A stretch of DNA of 64,000 bases from NCBI GenBank assembly GCA_041446875.1, contig JBGOEW010000006.1, positions 4,326 to 68,325 on the forward strand, in the 5' to 3' direction. This DNA is from Candidatus Fervidibacter sp. (lineage in GTDB: Bacteria; Armatimonadota; Fervidibacteria; Fervidibacterales; Fervidibacteraceae). The translations under genes were made by a program, and so were the position numbers. Below are positions 36,823 to 46,378 of this stretch, piece after piece; position 1 is the stretch's first letter; each line of letters begins with the position of its first letter. The notes beneath the pieces are model-generated. The model worked only from the letters and a program-made list of their open reading frames with translations, searched no databases and had not been told where the DNA came from.

Positions 36823-38379
36823 ATGACCTTAGAGCGCTTGCGCTTTGACCGAATGCCCGAACCGTTGGCGCAATTGGTGAAGGCAGCGGCAACCCTCGCC
36901 AACCAACACCGCTTGCGCCTTTACCTCGTCGGCGGCTGGCTACGGGATTTTGTAACGGCAGCGAGTGGCGAATGGCGAATGGCGAATAGCGACTACTCGC
37001 TACTCACTACTCGCTACTCGCCATTGGACATGGATTTCGCCATCTCCGCCGACCCGCTTCCTTTCGTGGAGCAGTTAGCGAAGCAAGTGGGAGGGCGGGT
37101 CGTTCGGCTGCACGATGACTTGCCGACGGTGCGATTAGCCCGATGGCTGGAAGACAACCCCGATGCTGTCGCCGATTTCACGGCGCTTCAAGGCGACTTG
37201 GAGAGCGATTTGCGCCGACGGGATTTCACCTGCAATGCCCTCGCCGTTGACGCCGTTGAACTAACGCAGCGTGGCGAAGCCCCCATCTTTGACCCGCTGG
37301 GCGGGTTGCAGCACATCATCCAGAGGTTGCTTGTGCTGACGCACAAACGAGCGCTGCAAAATGACCCCGTTCGCATCCTGCGCGCCTTCCGCTTCGCCGC
37401 CACTTTGGGTTTTGCTATCGCCCCCGAGACAAAAGTTGCCCTCGCCGAAGCGGCGCCCTTGCTGCTCAACGCTGCGCCCGAACGATTAACGATGGAACTG
37501 GCGTGGACTTTGCAAACGCCTCAAGCCGCCGAGATGCTCGCCTTGATGGACGAAGTTAGCGTGCTGACTTTTTTGCTGCCCGAATTGATGCCGCTAAAAG
37601 AAGTGCCTGCCGCTGGCTACCACCACTTGGATGGCTTTTGCCACACGCTGGAAGCCGTTCGGCAAATAGAGCGCGTGCTGCGGGCGGAGACGGAAGACGA
37701 CGAGTTCAACGCACTCCTTTCGCAGGTGCGGGACACTTTCAATGAGCGCTTCGGTTATCGGCGCACGGGTGTTTGGGTCGTCAAGTTTGCGACGCTCTTG
37801 CATGACATCGGCAAACCCGAAACGATGACGGTCGGCGACGACGGTTCAGTGCATTTTTATGGGCATGAAAAAGTGGGGGCTGAAAAGGCGGGAGGGATTT
37901 GCCAACGGTTGCGTTTGTCTCGGCGGGAGAAAGGCATCGTCGTCAGTTTGGTGCGCTACCACATGCGTCCCGTCTCGTTGGCAGGCGCCCACCGATTGAC
38001 GGAGCGCGCCCTACGGCGCTTTTGGCGTGACCTCGGCGATTTGGCGGGCATCTACTGCGTGGCGTTGTCGGCAGCCGATTTGATGGCGACGCGTGGGGCG
38101 GCGATGACCGACGAACATCGCCGACGCCACTATTTCGTCCTGCGCCGCTTGTTGGAGACGCACTTCGCCCTGCAAGAGATGCGACAACGACCTCGGTTGG
38201 TGACAGGACACGAAATCATGGAACGCTATGGCATCGGACCTTCGCCCCTCGTCGGTCAAGCCTTGCGCTTGGTGGAAGAAGCCATCTTGGATGGGCGGGT
38301 GCAAACGAAAGACGAGGCGTGGCGATTGCTGGACGAAGCGATGGCGCAAGGGCTTGAAAAGGCAAGCCAAAAACCTTAA
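36823..38379 (+). CDS. Class II tRNA nucleotidyltransferase (CCA-adding/poly(A) polymerase family) with HD domain
   Basis: YLVGGWLRD...DMDF, DLRRRDFTCNA, DPLGG, DPVRILRAFRFA and LLHDIGKP (HD) motifs. Confidence 0.92.
   Translation: MTLERLRFDRMPEPLAQLVKAAATLANQHRLRLYLVGGWLRDFVTAASGEWRMANSDYSLLTTRYSPLDMDFAISADPLPFVEQLAKQVGGRVVRLHDDLPTVRLARWLEDNPDAVADFTALQGDLESDLRRRDFTCNALAVDAVELTQRGEAPIFDPLGGLQHIIQRLLVLTHKRALQNDPVRILRAFRFAATLGFAIAPETKVALAEAAPLLLNAAPERLTMELAWTLQTPQAAEMLALMDEVSVLTFLLPELMPLKEVPAAGYHHLDGFCHTLEAVRQIERVLRAETEDDEFNALLSQVRDTFNERFGYRRTGVWVVKFATLLHDIGKPETMTVGDDGSVHFYGHEKVGAEKAGGICQRLRLSRREKGIVVSLVRYHMRPVSLAGAHRLTERALRRFWRDLGDLAGIYCVALSAADLMATRGAAMTDEHRRRHYFVLRRLLETHFALQEMRQRPRLVTGHEIMERYGIGPSPLVGQALRLVEEAILDGRVQTKDEAWRLLDEAMAQGLEKASQKP
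36954..37026. repeat. Inverted pair of heptamer arrays (hairpin) inside the nucleotidyltransferase gene
   Basis: AACGGCA then GCGAGTG-GCGAATG-GCGAATG-GCGAATA-GCGA, followed by TACTCGC-TACTCAC-TACTCGC-TACTCGC (reverse-complement units). Confidence 0.9.
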
Positions 38380-38382
38380 TGC

Positions 38383-39663
38383 TCAATCCATCGTCAACTC
38401 CAACCCGTTGACGATGATGCGATCGCCTGCTTTCGCTCCCGCTTTTCGGAGGGCTTTCCAGATGCCGTGCCGAAGGAGGCGCTCTTTGATTTCCGCCAAG
38501 GCTTGCGGGTGCGACGCATTGATGAGCCGTGTGAGCCGTTCCACTTCGCCCCCTTGCACGAGCCAAGTCTCTTCGTCCAAGCGCTCAATTGTCAAGGGCG
38601 CTTCGGTTCGCTTAGGTGGGGCGACGATGACTTCCTCGGACGCTTCGGGCAAAGGTGCCGTCGGCTGCATCGCTTTCACCAACTCTGCCATCCGATAGAC
38701 GAGGGGCTCAATCCCTTCACCTGTCAAGGCGGAGATGGCGAACACTTCATAACCTCGCTGACGCCAATAGGGCAAGCAGCGCCGCAAGTTTTCGGGGGCA
38801 TTGGGCAAGTCCATTTTGTTGGCGACGACAACTTGGGGCTTTTTCGCCAGTTCGGGGCTGTAAAGGCGCAACTCTTCGTTGATGGTCTCAAAGTCGCAGA
38901 TAGGGTCGCGCCCTTCTACGGCAGCGATGTCCACCATGTGCAAAAGGAGCAAAGTCCGCTCGGCATGGCGCAAAAACTGATGCCCCAAACCGACGCCTTT
39001 ATGGGCGCCCTCAATCAAGCCGGGCAAATCCGCCACGACAAAACTGAAGTTGTCCACCCGCACCGTTCCCAGGTTGGGCACGAGGGTCGTGAAAGGGTAG
39101 TCGGCGATTTTGGGGCGGGCAGCACTGATGCGGCTGATGAGGGTGGACTTGCCGACATTGGGGTAACCGATGATGCCCACATCAGCCAGCAACTTCAACT
39201 CCAACCGCAAAGTCCGTTCCTCGCCCGGTTCGCCCAACTCGGCAAAAACAGGCGTTTGGCGGGTAGGGGTGGCAAAGGCAGCGTTGCCCCGACCGCCCCG
39301 ACCGCCGCGCGCCACGACGACCCTTTGCCCCGGCTTGACCAAATCAGCGAGCAACTCGCCTGTTTCAGCATCGTAAATGACCGTCCCGACGGGCACGCGG
39401 ATGACCAAATCTTTGCCATCCGCCCCGTGCTTGTTGCTGCCTTGTCCGTGTTGACCATTCTCGGCTTTATAGGTTCGCTGCAGGTGCAAGTCCACAAGGG
39501 TTTTCACCGACGGGTCAGCGAGCAAGATGACATGCCCGCCCCGACCACCATCGCCCCCCGCAGGACCGCCACGCGGGACGAATTTCTCCCGCCGAAAAGC
39601 GACACACCCATTGCCTCCATTCCCTGCCTTGACATGAATGACTGCCTCGTCCACAAAGTGCAT
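38383..39663 (-). CDS. obgE: GTPase Obg
   Basis: AGNGGNG...[36 protein letters not shown] and C-terminal DUF1967 (GAKAGD). GAGGTGA RBS before ATG 39663. Confidence 0.97.
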   Translation of the reverse strand: MHFVDEAVIHVKAGNGGNGCVAFRREKFVPRGGPAGGDGGRGGHVILLADPSVKTLVDLHLQRTYKAENGQHGQGSNKHGADGKDLVIRVPVGTVIYDAETGELLADLVKPGQRVVVARGGRGGRGNAAFATPTRQTPVFAELGEPGEERTLRLELKLLADVGIIGYPNVGKSTLISRISAARPKIADYPFTTLVPNLGTVRVDNFSFVVADLPGLIEGAHKGVGLGHQFLRHAERTLLLLHMVDIAAVEGRDPICDFETINEELRLYSPELAKKPQVVVANKMDLPNAPENLRRCLPYWRQRGYEVFAISALTGEGIEPLVYRMAELVKAMQPTAPLPEASEEVIVAPPKRTEAPLTIERLDEETWLVQGGEVERLTRLINASHPQALAEIKERLLRHGIWKALRKAGAKAGDRIIVNGLELTMD

Positions 39664-39727
39664 CGCCAAGTCACCTCAAAAAGTGCAACAGAAAGATGCG
39701 GGCAAATGATGCGAAGGGTTGGCAAGG

Positions 39728-40129
39728 TCACCGCTGCAGCGTCAGGGAGTTGTCCGAGAAGTTGAAGGTGACCACCGAGAAGCGGTGCAAGTAACTCAAC
39801 CCAACCAAGCCATCCAACCCCACTTGGGGCGGAAGGCTTAGCGCCAAGCAATCCACATTTGCTTCTTCCGCCCCGATGACTCCGAACCGTTCCAGCGTCA
39901 CCTGCGGGGCGGTGAGGGCTTGGGCGTGGATGCCGTAAATCGTCATCGGGCGCGCTACCGTCAGGTCGTAGCCCAGACCAACCAAAATGTCTGGCTTGAT
40001 CATCACCAGCGAGGCGCCGCTGTCCACAGCCATGCGTAAGACGATGTATCGGCTGCCCCGCCAGAGGACACATTGGACGACCAACAATGGCGCCGTCGCT
40101 AAAAAGGGCACTCGCACTATTGGGCGCAT
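39728..40129 (-). CDS. Retropepsin-like (clan AA) aspartic protease, single domain
   Basis: MAVDSGAS catalytic motif and C-terminal GLVGLSYL motif. Confidence 0.8.
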   Translation of the reverse strand: MRPIVRVPFLATAPLLVVQCVLWRGSRYIVLRMAVDSGASLVMIKPDILVGLGYDLTVARPMTIYGIHAQALTAPQVTLERFGVIGAEEANVDCLALSLPPQVGLDGLVGLSYLHRFSVVTFNFSDNSLTLQR

Positions 40130-40350
40130 AGGACGAAAATCCCCTTGATTTCACCCGTCCAGACGATATACGCTGCTTGCGGACGCAAGCGAAGGTAAGC
40201 CTCGTCTATGACGCTTCGGTCGGGCGAGTGCGCTAAAAGGCGCCCCCGCAACGGCGAACCGTGCTCGTCCAGTTCCACGATCTCAAAGAGCAGCCATTCG
40301 TCGGGATACTGCTTTTCGGTTTCAGGGATGAGGACGATGTCTTCGGGCAT
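40117..40350 (-). CDS. Small acidic protein (DUF5678-like) partnered with the retropepsin
   Basis: KQYPDEWLLF...GRLLAHSPDRSVI...WTGE resembles the small partners found upstream of bacterial retropepsins. Overlaps the protease start. Confidence 0.6.
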   Translation of the reverse strand: MPEDIVLIPETEKQYPDEWLLFEIVELDEHGSPLRGRLLAHSPDRSVIDEAYLRLRPQAAYIVWTGEIKGIFVLCAQ

Positions 40351-40389
40351 GGCTGTCACGCCCCTTCGCCGCTTTCGGTGGCGGTTCGT

Positions 40390-40650
40390 TTAAGCCGTCG
40401 GGGCGGGCAAGACATTCACGCGCACCTTGTCGCCCTTGCGGTCATAGACGACGACGCCATCGGTCAGGGCGAAAAGGGTAAAGTCGTTGCCCATGCCGAC
40501 ATTGCGCCCAGGCAAAAAGCGCGTCCCCCGTTGGCGGACGAGCACATAGCCCGCTTTGACAAACTCACCGCCATAGGCTTTCACGCCCAACCGCTTGGAG
40601 CGGCTATCGCGCCCGTTCTTGCTGGCGCCGCCCGATTTCTTGTGCGCCAT
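40390..40650 (-). CDS. rpmA: 50S ribosomal protein L27
   Basis: [24 protein letters not shown]...RQRGT...LFALTDG. Confidence 0.98.
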   Translation of the reverse strand: MAHKKSGGASKNGRDSRSKRLGVKAYGGEFVKAGYVLVRQRGTRFLPGRNVGMGNDFTLFALTDGVVVYDRKGDKVRVNVLPAPTA

Positions 40651-40676
40651 CGTCTCTCACCTCCGTCGTTCTAAGT

Positions 40677-40769
40677 CTAACGCTCTATCGCTTGCGGCAA
40701 AGGCAAGGGTTCGTCGGTCTGGATGATTTGCTCGCCCGCAACTTTGCCCTTGACGATGGGAAGGCTCAT
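40677..40769 (-). CDS. 30-aa small ORF (not in the ORF track), possibly an antitoxin-like relic
   Basis: GAGGTGA RBS 6 nt before ATG. Translates as MSLPIVKGKVAGEQIIQTDEPLPLPQAIER*. Confidence 0.45.
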   Translation of the reverse strand: MSLPIVKGKVAGEQIIQTDEPLPLPQAIER

Positions 40770-40785
40770 CGTGTGTCACCTCGGC

Positions 40786-41124
40786 TCAACCGCTGGGCAC
40801 TTCAATGCGCTCAATTTGCAACTCGGTGAACCATTGGCGGTGTCCCTTCTTGCGCATGTAGCGCTTTTTCGGCTTGAACTTGAAGACGATGATTTTCGGA
40901 CCGCGCCCATGTCGGCGGACTTTAGCGACGACTTTAGCGCCGGGCACATAAGGCGTGCCGACGAGGACTTGTTCGGGCGTGCGGACCAAAAGCACGCGGT
41001 CGGTCTCAAAAGTTTCGCCCTCAGCGATTTCCAATTTCTCCACCCGCACGATCGTCCCTGGCGCAACTTCATACTGTTTTCCGCCTGTCTCAATGACGGC
41101 ACGAATGGACTGGACAAGTTCCAT
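40786..41124 (-). CDS. rplU: 50S ribosomal protein L21
   Basis: [18 protein letters not shown] and KGHRQWFT motifs. Confidence 0.97.
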   Translation of the reverse strand: MELVQSIRAVIETGGKQYEVAPGTIVRVEKLEIAEGETFETDRVLLVRTPEQVLVGTPYVPGAKVVAKVRRHGRGPKIIVFKFKPKKRYMRKKGHRQWFTELQIERIEVPSG

Positions 41125-41219
41125 GTCGGTGAACCCCCTTGAGAGGTGGCGTCGTCGGGATGAAGTGGCATGCTAATTTTGCGACACCGACTCACCCTGT
41201 CAAGCGAGGGCGTTAGACG

Positions 41220-42065
41220 ATGGCTCGTTGGCTCTTTGCCTTCTTCGGGTTGATGCTGTTGACGAGTTGTCAAGGGCGGGACCGTCCCGTTGCCCGCGCC
41301 GATGGCGTCGTCGTGACGGAACGGGAGTTGCGACAAGCCCTTTGGGAACGCTACGGCGCGGCGACTTTGCAGGAGTTGCTCGTCTGGAAACTGGCGAAAG
41401 CGGAGGCGCAAAAGCGGGGCATCACCGTCAGCGAGGCGGAGGTGCAAAACGCCCTAAAGCGTCGCTTTTTGCCCACTACGCCCCGCCATCTTGTGGAGAC
41501 GGAGTTGCTTTTGGAAAAATTGGCTTGGGCGATGGCGGAGGTCAGCGAGGGAGAAGCCCGCCGTTACTTTGAGGCGCATCGGGACGAGTTTGAGCGCCCT
41601 GAACGAGTCCGCTTGCGCGACATCACTTTGGAGAGCAAAGAGAACGCCGAAGCCATCTATCAAGCCCTTCGGCTGCGCAATGGGACGAACTTCGCCGACC
41701 TTGCCCGTCACTTTTCCGTCAACCCTGCCACCCGTCAACATGGTGGCGACATGGGCGTTGTGCCCTTGGGGGATTTGCATCCAAAGTTGCAAGCCGTCGT
41801 GCGGAAGTTAAAAGTCGGTGAGTTTAGCCGTCCCATCCTGTTGGACGGTGAATGGGTCATCGTGAAGTTGGAGGGGCGGATTCCAGCGGAGCGGAAAACC
41901 TTTGAGGAAGTGCAGGGGCAAGTCATCGCTTCCCTGCGACGGCGGAAAGCGGCGGAATTGAAGTTGACTTTGCCCGAACGATGGTTGCGTCAAGGGAAGG
42001 TGCAAGTGTTGGACGCTTCCTTGCGAAAATCGCTGACCTTGCCGAAAGGAGCGGAGCGACGATGA
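41220..42065 (+). CDS. Lipoprotein peptidyl-prolyl isomerase (PpiC/PrsA/SurA type)
   Basis: Lipobox LLTSC and the parvulin motif FADLARHFS...GGDMG...GEFSRPI...WVIVK. Confidence 0.9.
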   Translation: MARWLFAFFGLMLLTSCQGRDRPVARADGVVVTERELRQALWERYGAATLQELLVWKLAKAEAQKRGITVSEAEVQNALKRRFLPTTPRHLVETELLLEKLAWAMAEVSEGEARRYFEAHRDEFERPERVRLRDITLESKENAEAIYQALRLRNGTNFADLARHFSVNPATRQHGGDMGVVPLGDLHPKLQAVVRKLKVGEFSRPILLDGEWVIVKLEGRIPAERKTFEEVQGQVIASLRRRKAAELKLTLPERWLRQGKVQVLDASLRKSLTLPKGAERR

Positions 42066-42724
42066 GCCGAACGAGGCGAGAGAAAGAGCGGGCACAAAAA
42101 CTTTGGGCGGAGCGGCGGGAGTTGATTCGCTTCGGCTACGGCAAATTGGCGGAGGCTATCGTCCGTCAGGCGCGGGCGCATTACCAGCGTGCCCTTCAGG
42201 CATGGCAGCAGGGCAACCTCTCGGAGGCAGAGACGGTGCTTCGGCAGGCATTGGAACTCAACCCCGACGCCCCCGACCCGTTGATAGCGTTGGGGCGGTT
42301 GCTGGTGGAAGTGGGGCGAGCCGAGGAAGCCATCGGCGTGTTGAGCAAGGCATGTGAGTTGGACGCCGAAAACCCAGAGGCTCATTTTTTGTTCGGGCAA
42401 GCGTTGGAAGCGGCACAACGATGGCGGCGAGCGAGGGACGCTTACGAACGGGCGATGCGTTTGCAACCGTCAGCGGAGTTGGCAGAACAATTGCGGGAGC
42501 GCTTGACGGCTTTGGAACAGCGCCTTGCCGCCGAGCCGACGGCTGCCCTCTCCGAGGAAGTCGCTGCCGAGTTGGAGGAAGCCTTGCATTGGGCGCGGTT
42601 TTACTTGGAGATGGGTTTTCCCCGACGGGCGAGGGAATATGGGTTGCAGGCTCATCAAATCGCTCCCGAACACCCGCAAGTGCGGGAAATCATGGCAGCC
42701 ATAGAGCGCGCCTTGAGCGATTAA
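42062..42724 (+). CDS. Tetratricopeptide repeat protein
   Basis: Canonical 34-aa TPRs (ALELNPD, ACELDAEN). ATGA overlap with the PPIase stop. Confidence 0.85.
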   Translation: MSRTRREKERAQKLWAERRELIRFGYGKLAEAIVRQARAHYQRALQAWQQGNLSEAETVLRQALELNPDAPDPLIALGRLLVEVGRAEEAIGVLSKACELDAENPEAHFLFGQALEAAQRWRRARDAYERAMRLQPSAELAEQLRERLTALEQRLAAEPTAALSEEVAAELEEALHWARFYLEMGFPRRAREYGLQAHQIAPEHPQVREIMAAIERALSD

Positions 42725-43695
42725 CCACCCAAACCCGTCCTCAGCACTTGAATGACCGCAGGACCGAGGATGACGATGAACAGCGTCGGGAAGATGAACA
42801 GCACCAGCGGGAAAATCAGTTTGACGGGTAGTTTGGCGATTTGCTCTCTAATCATGCGCAACCGCTTCTTGCGTAACTCTTCCCCCAAGGCTTTCAAGGC
42901 GTTTGCGAGAGGCGAACCCAAGGTTTCGGCTTGATGGACAGCGGAAACCAGCAAAGAGATGTCTTCCAGTTTCAACCGCTCCGCCATATCCCGAAGGGCT
43001 TGGGCTCTGGGTTTCCCTAAGGTCACTTCCCGCATCACCTTCATCAGTTCGTCGGCAAGTGGTCCCTTGAACCGTCGGGCTGCTTCGTAGACGGCGCCGT
43101 CAAAAGCCAATCCCGCTTCTATGGACAAGGTGATCAAATCCAACATGTCGGGCAGTTGGCGGCGAATGAGGTGACGGCGACGCATCGCCGCTCGCCGGAG
43201 CCAGAAGGCAGGTCCGAGAAAACCTGCGAACGCCAAAATCGCCGTTGCAAAAAGGGGAAGGGACGGGTCAAAGAAATTGGGACGCCAAAGGGAGAGGAGG
43301 ATGGGAAGGAGAATGCCTAAGGCTGCCCCGACGAAAGTGCAGAGCAATCGCAGTCCCATGAAATCGCTGGCAGTCAGTCCAAAGGGATAACCCGCCATCG
43401 CCAGCAACTCTTCCGTCCCCTTCAAAGTTGCCCCACTTTGAGGGAGCAAACGGCTGAGCCGCTGTATCCAAGGCAGAAGGAGGGCGCGAAAGAGGCGTTG
43501 GACGATGGATTGGCGGAGTTCTTCCTCTTCGGGCATTTCAGTGGGCATCTCTTCTTCCGTCGTCATGCGGGTTCGGACGAGGCGGGCGACCCGTTCCCGC
43601 AATTGGCGGGCACGCACCTCTTGCAGGATGGAAACGCCCGTCATCGCTAACGCCAATACCCACAAGCCGATGACGAACATCAGTTCCAGAGACAT
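42721..43695 (-). CDS. tadC: Tad pilus assembly protein TadC (T2SS F family)
   Basis: LPDMLDLITLSIEAGL, GPLADEL and KLPVKLIFPLVLFIFP motifs. Confidence 0.9.
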   Translation of the reverse strand: MSLELMFVIGLWVLALAMTGVSILQEVRARQLRERVARLVRTRMTTEEEMPTEMPEEEELRQSIVQRLFRALLLPWIQRLSRLLPQSGATLKGTEELLAMAGYPFGLTASDFMGLRLLCTFVGAALGILLPILLSLWRPNFFDPSLPLFATAILAFAGFLGPAFWLRRAAMRRRHLIRRQLPDMLDLITLSIEAGLAFDGAVYEAARRFKGPLADELMKVMREVTLGKPRAQALRDMAERLKLEDISLLVSAVHQAETLGSPLANALKALGEELRKKRLRMIREQIAKLPVKLIFPLVLFIFPTLFIVILGPAVIQVLRTGLGG

Positions 43696-43710
43696 CGCCT
43701 CGTGCCTCCC

Positions 43711-44538
43711 TCACAACTCCACTTGCAAAAGTTTGCGAATCCACAGCATCCCTAAAGTTTGCATGACGACCCCTGTCCAAATCATCTTCCGACCCAATTC
43801 GGTGTCCAGCAAAAGGCGCATCCATTGGGGGTTGATGATGAAGACCATCGTCGCAACGGCGAAGGGCAAAGCCATCAAAATCCAACCGCTAAAGCGTGCC
43901 TGAGCGGTGGAAGCGGCGATTTCGCCCCGAAGTTCAATGCGTTGGCGGATGGTGTCGGCGATGGTGTTGAGGATGCGGGATAGGTTACCGCCCCGCCGCA
44001 ATTGGACAAGGATGGCGGAGACGGTGATGTCGTAGTCGTAACTTTGAATGCGCTCCGCCATGATTTGGAGGGCTTGTTCTACGGGCATGCCCAGTGACGA
44101 GAGGCGAACAACCCGTTCCAGTTCCTCCGAGATGGGCGGGGGTAATTGGTCGGCTGCCAACTTTGCCCCTTGCAGGAAACTGTAACCTGCCGACAAACCA
44201 GCGGCGATGATCGTCAAAGCGTCCGCCAATTGATTTTCCAGCAAAGTTTTTCGCTGGGCAATGCGCCAGTTGAGGGCAAGATTGGGGGCGTAAAAACCCA
44301 AAGCACCACCGACCAAAAAACCCCACCACTGGCGGGAAAGAATGGTGACGATGGCAGCCAAGCCGACTGTCGTGAACAAAAGTAGGATGAGAAACTCTTC
44401 GCCCCGAATAGGAAGTCCCGCTGCCATCATCTTGCGGCTATATTGGCGCGCCAAGCGGGTCTGGGAGAAAAGGCGCGTCAGCAGGGGAAAGCGTTCCCGC
44501 TCTTCAGGAAGGGTCACTGGGGTCTGGGTCGTCATCAC
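43711..44538 (-). CDS. tadB: Tad pilus assembly protein TadB (T2SS F family)
   Basis: QLADALTIIAAGLSAGYS, GGNLSRIL and STAQARFSGWIL motifs. Confidence 0.9.
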   Translation of the reverse strand: MMTTQTPVTLPEERERFPLLTRLFSQTRLARQYSRKMMAAGLPIRGEEFLILLLFTTVGLAAIVTILSRQWWGFLVGGALGFYAPNLALNWRIAQRKTLLENQLADALTIIAAGLSAGYSFLQGAKLAADQLPPPISEELERVVRLSSLGMPVEQALQIMAERIQSYDYDITVSAILVQLRRGGNLSRILNTIADTIRQRIELRGEIAASTAQARFSGWILMALPFAVATMVFIINPQWMRLLLDTELGRKMIWTGVVMQTLGMLWIRKLLQVEL

Positions 44539-44593
44539 CCGTCACCGTCCTTAGCCCCCGAAAAACTTCGGACAGGCAAGCGAACCTCTCGCT

Positions 44594-46063
44594 TCAGCCA
44601 CCGAAAAACAAATCTTCGGGCAAGTTGATTCCCGCTACCCGAATGCGGTCGGCGCAAAGGGGACGGAAGCCTGCCACTTTATGCCGACCGATGACTTTGC
44701 CCTGACTGTCAATCCCTTGCTGCTCAAAGACGAAGATGTCCTGCAGCAACACGGTGTCCCCTTCCAAACCCTGCACTTCGGTGATGTGGGTGACTTTTCG
44801 GCTGCCGTCGGAAAGGCGGGCTTGATGGACGATCAATTGCACCGCCGAGGAAATCTGACGGGCGATGGCTTTCTGAGGTAATTCCATCCCCGCCATCATG
44901 ATCATCGTCTCCAAGCGGTAGATGGTGTCGCGGGGTGAGTTGCTGTGAAGGGTGGACATAGAACCGTCATGTCCCGTGTTCATCGCCTGAATCATGTCCA
45001 ACGCCTCAGGACCTCGGCATTCGCCGACGATGATGCGGTCGGGACGCATGCGCAAGGCGTTGCGGACCAAATCGCGGATGGTCACTTCTCCGACCCCTTC
45101 AATGTTGGCAGGTCGGGCTTCCAAAGCGACCCAGTTTTCATGCTGCAGTTGTAACTCGGCGGAATCTTCCACCGTCACCAACCGTTCCCATGGCGGGATG
45201 AAGTTGCTCAGGACATTTAACATCGTCGTCTTTCCCGAACCCGTTCCGCCTGAGACGATGATGTTCACCCTCGCTTGGACAGCCGCTTGCAGGAAAATCG
45301 CCATCGGTTCTGTCAGCGACCCGAACTCTATGAGTTTCTCAATGGTCAAGGGCTTGCGGGAGAATTTGCGGATGGTGATGCAGGGACCCTTGATGGCGAG
45401 GGGCGGAATGACGACATTGACGCGGCTGCCGTCGGGCAAACGGGCGTCCATCAGCGGGATGCGTTCGTTCACTTGTCGTCCTAAAGGCGAAAGGATTTTG
45501 TCAATGATGCGCAAGACATGTTCGTCATTGTCAAAGCGTTGGTCGCTCAGGTAGATGCGTCCCCGCCGCTCGTAGAAAATCTTGTCGGCGCTGTTGACCA
45601 TGATTTCGGAGATGGTCGGGTCATCCAAGAAGGCTTGAAGCGGTCCGTAGCCAACGATTTCGTCCAAGACCTCTTGAACTAACAACTCCCGCAGTTTGGC
45701 GGGCAGGGCGACTTCCTCTTCTTGCATCATCTCTTGGGCAACATTCTCCACCAAAGGGCGCAATTGCTGGGGATTGTGCATGTCCACGCCCCGCGCAAAT
45801 CCCCGCTCAAAATCCGACACGACCCTTTGATGCACCTTTCCCCGCAACCGCAAAATCAACGCCCGCTCTTCTTTGGACAGTCTCGGGCGGTCACCGATGG
45901 GCGCAGGGTCTTCCCAAGAGATTTCTTCCTTCGGGATGGTCAGAACCAACCTTGACGGGGCTTCCGTCGGCGGGCTTTCCCTTGCCTGCCCATCCGTCGG
46001 TTCTGCCGTCGGGGCGGTCGGTGTCGGTTGGGAAGGCTCGGCGGTCCTTCGGCGAATTAACAT
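44594..46063 (-). CDS. cpaF: Tad/CpaF secretion ATPase
   Basis: GYGPL, DARLPDGSRVN, SGGTGSGKTT, LRMRPDRIIVGE and AMNTGHDG motifs. Confidence 0.95.
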   Translation of the reverse strand: MLIRRRTAEPSQPTPTAPTAEPTDGQARESPPTEAPSRLVLTIPKEEISWEDPAPIGDRPRLSKEERALILRLRGKVHQRVVSDFERGFARGVDMHNPQQLRPLVENVAQEMMQEEEVALPAKLRELLVQEVLDEIVGYGPLQAFLDDPTISEIMVNSADKIFYERRGRIYLSDQRFDNDEHVLRIIDKILSPLGRQVNERIPLMDARLPDGSRVNVVIPPLAIKGPCITIRKFSRKPLTIEKLIEFGSLTEPMAIFLQAAVQARVNIIVSGGTGSGKTTMLNVLSNFIPPWERLVTVEDSAELQLQHENWVALEARPANIEGVGEVTIRDLVRNALRMRPDRIIVGECRGPEALDMIQAMNTGHDGSMSTLHSNSPRDTIYRLETMIMMAGMELPQKAIARQISSAVQLIVHQARLSDGSRKVTHITEVQGLEGDTVLLQDIFVFEQQGIDSQGKVIGRHKVAGFRPLCADRIRVAGINLPEDLFFGG

Positions 46064-46132
46064 CGGACATCACCTCGCATAGCGCCTTCACGCCGTCGGT
46101 CAAAAGGATAACACATACGCCCTCTTAGGCGC

Positions 46133-46348
46133 TTAGGTTGTCCGCTGGACAGTTCGGACTACCCGCCAAGTCACCTCCACTTCCAGCCACTCATAGCCAT
46201 CGTCCTGCGGCTCCGTGAACAGATAGGGCAAGTTGTAAACGGCTGCCCCCGTGTGCAGGCGGACAGGTTGGCGCTGCTGGATTTCCTCCCATGCCTGCCT
46301 GCGCACATAACCGACTAATCGCATCTCCTTCGGTGATTGCTCCGCCAT
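46133..46348 (-). CDS. Small hypothetical protein
   Basis: GGAAGGGAAGG RBS before ATG 46348. Fills the gap between gap and cpaF, in the same direction. Confidence 0.55.
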   Translation of the reverse strand: MAEQSPKEMRLVGYVRRQAWEEIQQRQPVRLHTGAAVYNLPYLFTEPQDDGYEWLEVEVTWRVVRTVQRTT

Positions 46349-46378
46349 CGCCCTTCCTTCCCTTCCCACGGATTGGGC

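Noticed and set aside
39728-40650. Retropepsin as a Prp-like L27 maturation protease
   Set aside because: L27 begins MAHKK with no N-terminal extension to cleave, and Prp is a cysteine protease of a different family.
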